A stretch of 64,000 nt of DNA, taken from NCBI RefSeq assembly GCF_963921235.1, contig NC_086100.1, positions 201,998,001 through 202,062,000 of the forward strand, written 5' to 3'. Source of the stretch: Mobula hypostoma. Lineage: Eukaryota. Every line of letters begins with the position of its first letter. The stretch's first letter is position 1. The translations under genes were made by a program, and so were the position numbers. Of this stretch, positions 59,187-64,000 are shown piece by piece. Below the pieces are notes generated by a model that made no database searches, was not told the DNA's origin, and was given only the letters and a program-made list of their open reading frames with translations.

Positions 59187-61029
59187 TAGAAAACTACAGC
59201 ATAGTACAGGCCCTTCGGGCCTCGATGTTGTGCCCACCCATATATTCCTTAAACAAAAAGTACTAAACCCACGCTACCCCGTAGGCCTCCATTTTTCTTT
59301 CATCCATGTGCCTGTCCAAGAGGCTCTTAAATACCCCTAATGTGTTAAGAAATTAAGAAGCTGGTGGCATGGTGCGAAGACAATAATCTATCCCTGAATG
59401 TCCGCAAGACGAAGGAATTGGTTGTTGACTTCAGAAGGAGTAGCAGACTGCACGATCCAATTTACATCGGTGGTGCGCAAGTGGAACAGGTCAAAAGCTT
59501 TAAGTTCCTCGGGGTCAATATCACAAGTGACCTGACTTGGTCCAACCAAGCAGAGTTCACTGCCAAGAAAGCCCACCAGCGCCTTTACTTCCTGAGAAAA
59601 CTAAAGAAATTTGGCCTGTCCCCGAAAACCCTCACTAATTTTTATAGATGCACCGTAGAAAGCATTCTTCTAGGGTGCATCACAACCTGGTATGGAAGTT
59701 GTCCTGTCCAAGACCGGAAGAAGCTGCAGAAGATCGTGAAGACATCACACAAACCAATCTTCCGTCCGTGGACTCACTTTACACCGCACGCTGTCGGAGC
59801 AGTGCTGCAAGGATAATCAAGGACACGACCCACCCAGCCAACACACTTTTTGTCTGTCTTCCCTCCGGGAGAAGGCTCAGGAGCTTGAAGACTCGTACGG
59901 CCAGATTTGGGAACAGCTTCTTTCCAACTGTGATAAGACTGCTGAACGGATCCTGACCCGGATCTGGGCCGTAGCCTCCAAATATCCGGACCTGCCTCTC
60001 GGTTTTTTTTGCACTACCTTACTTTCCATTTTTCTATTTTCTATTTATGATTTATAATTTAAATTTTTAATATTTACTAATTTTAACTACTTTATTATTT
60101 AATATTTGTAATCCAGGGAGTGTGAAGCACAGAATCAAATATCGCTGTGATGATTGTACGTTCTAGTACCAATTGTTTGGCGACAATAAAGTATAAAGTA
60201 TCAGCCTCCACCACCATCCCTGGCAAGTCATTCCAGGCACCCACAACCCCCTGTGTAAACAAAAACTTACCCGATGTCTCCCCTAAACTTCCCTCTCTTA
60301 ACTTTGTACATATGCCCTCTGGTGTTTGCTATTCATGTCCTGGGAAACAGGTACCGGCTATGCACCCTATCTATGCCTCTCATAATCTTGTAAACCTCTA
60401 TCAAGTCCCCTCTCATCCTTCTACGCTCCAAAGAAAAAAGTCCCAGCTCTGCTAACCTTGCCTCATAAGACTTGTTTTCCAATCCAGGCAACATCCCGGT
60501 AAATCTCCTCTGCACCCTCTCCATAGCTTCCACATCCTTCCTATAATGAGGTGACCAGAACTGAACACAACACTCTAAGTGTGGTCTCACCAGAGATTTG
60601 TAGAATTGCAGCATGACCTCTCTACTCTTGAACTCAGTCCCCCTATTAATGAAGTCTGGCATCCCATGGGCCTTTTTAACTACCCTATCAACCTGTGCAG
60701 CGACCTTGAGGGATGTATGGATTTGAACCCCAAGGCCCCTCTGTTCATCCACACTCTTAAGTAACCGACCATTAACCCTGTACTCAGCCTTCTGGTTTGT
60801 CCTTCCAAAATGCATCACCTCACACTTATCCGGACTGAACTCCATCTGCCACTTTTCTGCCCAGCTCTGCATCCTGTCTATATCCTCTTGTAACCTTCGA
60901 CAACCTACAGCTCCATCCACAACTCCTCCAATCTTCGTGTCATCTGCAAACTTACTCACCCATCCTTCCGCTTCTTCATCCAGGTCATTTATAAAAATCA
61001 CAAATAGCAGGGGTCCAGGACAGATCCCG
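59187..61029 (-). mobile_element. 5'-truncated CR1, split by a Rex1-like insertion
   Basis: Tail at about 59187; FADDTK..RPHLEC ORF 61001-60333. The host resumes at about 60200. Confidence 0.88.
59346..60199 (+). mobile_element. Rex1/Babar-like LINE 3' fragment
   Basis: WCEDNNLSLNVRKTKELVVDFRR, KFLGV, KKAHQRLYFLRKL and FYRCTVESIL motifs. AATAAAGTATAAAGTAT tail. Confidence 0.85.
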
Positions 61030-62388
61030 ACAAATTGAGTTCATTGAGCAGGTTGAAGATGTCACACAGATAAGTGAGTTTTGCTATCCACTCCTCGTCA
61101 CTGAAGTCTGCTGCCAGTGGTGACTTTTTTCCTGAAAGAAATCTCTGTAGCTGCTCTCTTAACTCAAAAACCCTGGCCAGGGCTCTCCCCCTTGATAGCC
61201 ACCTGACTTCAGTGTGTAAGAGAAGGCGTTTGTGCTCTGCATCCATTTCCTCACAAAGCTGCTCAAACAGACGTGAGTTAAGGGCTTTTGCTCTGATGTG
61301 ATTGATAACTTCAACAACGTCACTCAATATGCTGTTAAGATCAGGTGACATTTTTCGGCTAGCCAGCATTTCCCTGTGTGTGACACAGTGTGTAGACTGG
61401 CATTCAGGAGCAACCTCTGACTTGGGTAGTGAAACCAGACAGCCGTCCAGTCATAGCTGCAGCCCCGTCTGTGCATATTCCAACACAGAATGACCAGTCC
61501 AGTTTGCCTGACATGTAGTCATTCAAAGACTTGAATAGTTCTGCCCCAGTTGTGTTAGTTGGCAGCAGCAGTGCACACAACACATCCTCCTGCACATCGT
61601 CTTGAAATATATATCGCAGATAAACCAGCAGCATTGCCTTGTTGTCGACATCGGTAGACTCGTCAACATGGATAATGTACCATGGTGACTCGTTCAGCTG
61701 TTCCAACAGCTGTGCGTCGATGTCCTCTGCTGTGTCATCGATTCTCCTTGAAACTGTGGTAGCTGAAAGAGAAACCTGTGCCATCTTGTTAGTTGCAGCT
61801 TCTCCCAACAGTTCACGGCACATGTCCTTGGCAGCAGGCAGAATCAATTCACCACCAACAGTGAAAGGCTTCTTAGCCTTAGCAATACAGCCAGCCACTA
61901 AGTACGACGCTCTCAGAGTAGCAGCATTTGTGGAGGTGGTGACTCTCAGCACTTGCTTCTCTCCCGCTTGCTCACGTTTCTTCCGCTCAAAAAACTCAGC
62001 GGGTTTGGCTTTAGTGCAGGGTGCTTGGACTCAAGGTGCCGAAGCAGTTTTGAGGGCTTCATTGCCTCATTAGACAGCTTGTCTCCACATATCACACACA
62101 GGGGGCTTGGAGCGTGCGAGTCACCGGTCGCAATAAACCCATATTTTATGTACGACTTGTCGTATTTTCTGTTGAAGGAAGCTTTTTTTTTGCAGTCTCA
62201 GCCTCAGCTGTCTCTGCGTTATCATCATCATTAGGCCTTTTATGTCCCCTACCACCTCTTCCAAAGAGACTCTCAAGCGACGTTTGTTTTTTTACTCACC
62301 ATATCGCCAAATCATATCGTTCCCTCGCGGCCCAGTAGGAGCTTTGCAGACCGGTACTGGTCCGCGGCCCGGTGGTTGGGGACCGCTG
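61030..62388 (-). mobile_element. hAT (Charlie/Buster-like) transposon 5' part, decayed and truncated
   Basis: Terminal CAGCGGTCCCCAACC at 62388. AKAKKPFTVGGELILPA, VDESTD, CTDGAAAMTG and HTEVRWLSRG motifs in shifted frames. Confidence 0.88.
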
Positions 62389-62964
62389 TTGAAAGATCCT
62401 ATTGTACCTGCTTCTACCACCATCGCTGGCAGTGCATTCAATGCAACCACCACTCTGCGTGAAAAACTTACCCCTGACATCCCCCTAAACCTACTTCCAA
62501 ACACCTTAAAACCATGGCCCCTTGTGTCAGCCATTTCAGTCCTGGGAAAAAGCCTCTGGCTGTCCACATGATCTCATCATCTTTTGAAACCACTGCAAAT
62601 CTTTCCCTTTATTGATGCTTTGCTGCACACTTGAATGCTCGGTGGAGGGTCCTGATACTTTTTTGCTAGTGGGGGGGGGTCATAGCCTCGCTGCGTGGGA
62701 GGGGGGGGTTGGTGGAGGAAGTTTGGGGTTCTAACATTTTAACTGTCATTCATTCTTTGGGGCACTCTTCTGTTTTCGTAGACGTCTGTGAAGAAGAATT
62801 TCTGCGTGTATATTGTACACATTTCTATTGACATTAAATGCACCCATTGAAACTTAATGTCTCCACAGTCTCTATTGCTACCTGTTGCAGAACCCTAGGG
62901 TGCAGTTCATCTTGGCTTGGTGACCTTCTCCCTTGTAACAGTTACTGCACTCACTTCTCTAAGT

Positions 62965-63198
62965 CAGAAACGGTACCGCAGCATAAAAGCCAAGACCAAC
63001 AGGCTCCAGGATAGCTTCTTCCACCACACCACCAGACTGATGAACTCACACTGATCTGAGTGTACTCTATGTTACATTGTCTCTTCTATTATTATAAATT
63101 ACTATGACGGCACATTGCACATCTAAGTGGAGATGTAATGTAAAAATTTTTTACTCCTCATATACGTGAAGGATGTAAGAAATAAAGTCAATTCAATT
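62965..63198 (+). mobile_element. Rex1-like LINE 3' end
   Basis: KRYRSIKAKTNRLQDSFF remnant and AATAAAGTCAATTCAATTC tail. Confidence 0.65.
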
Positions 63199-64000
63199 CT
63201 TCTCTCACACTCTTCAACATCTGGCACACTGCCGGTGCCCTCCACAGTGAAGATGATGCAAAATACTCATTTAGTTCATCTGCCATCTCCTTGTCTTCTG
63301 CTATTATTTCTCTGGCCTCATTTTCTAGCAGTCCTATAACCACTCTCCTCTCTCCCTTATTTTTTATGTACTTGAAAAAGCTTTTACTATCCACTTTGAT
63401 ATTATTTGCTAGCTTGCTTTCATATTTCATCTTTTCCCTCCTAGTGACTCTTTTAGCTGCTCTCTAGGGTATAAAATCTTCCCAATCCTCTATCTTCCCA
63501 CTAATTTTTGCGTTGTTATATGCCATCTTTTGCTTATAGATTAGATCTGACTTCCCTTGACAGCCACAATTGTCATTTGGGTACTTCTTTGTTTTTGCAA
63601 TACATCTATCCTGCACCTTCCCCATTTTTTCCAGAAGCTCACGCCATTGCTGCTCTGCTGACATCCCTGCTAGGATCTTCTTCCAGTTTAATTTGGCCAA
63701 CTCCTCTCTCATACCACTGTAATTTCCCTTACTCCACTGAAATACTGCTACATCAGACTTTACTTTCTCCCTGTCAAATTCCAAGTTGAACACAATCATA
63801 TTGTGATCATGGGCTCCTAAGGGTTCTTTTACCTTAAGCTCCCTAATCGTCTCTGGTTCATTTCATAACACCCAATCCAGTATAGCTGATCCCCTGGTAG
63901 GCTCAATGACAAACTGCTCTAAAAAGCCATCTCATAGCCATTCAACAAACTCTCTCTCTTAAGATCCATTACCAACCTGATTTTTCCAATTGACCTGCAT
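63199..64000 (-). mobile_element. Decayed CR1 fragment running off the window end
   Basis: DHNMIVFNLEF..FQWSKGNYSGMR and MADELNEYFAS remnants. Confidence 0.85.

Noticed and set aside
61030..62250. Domesticated ZBED/SCAND-like host gene
   Set aside because: Multiple frameshifts, truncation by CR1 and a retained terminal inverted repeat indicate a dead hAT transposon.

Overview
Vertebrate genomic DNA. The repeat content (many CR1 LINEs with (ATAGAAAC)n tails, plus Penelope and Rex1 elements) suggests a cartilaginous fish; this is inference. The window holds the last seven coding exons of DCTN1 (dynactin p150Glued) on the + strand (5669-46049, polyA signal at 46336). Its introns are packed with G-rich minisatellites and nested transposons: an intact young CR1 with target-site duplication (TSD), a full-length L1 with a 14-bp TSD, a decayed Tc1, and Penelope fragments carrying hammerhead ribozyme motifs. 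Downstream are more CR1, Rex1 and hAT remnants. Main observations: (1) a U_UUA_AAC -1 frameshift heptamer at the ORF1/ORF2 junction of three different CR1 families, where ORF2 of the intact copy has no usable ATG; (2) two phase-compatible minus-strand exons (58501-58379 and 46848-46682) of an unidentified convergent gene whose 3' UTR probably overlaps the DCTN1 last exon; (3) an in-frame chimeric CR1 ORF2 created by nested insertion. Most ORFs in the supplied track are repeat artefacts. Boundaries of decayed repeats are approximate.
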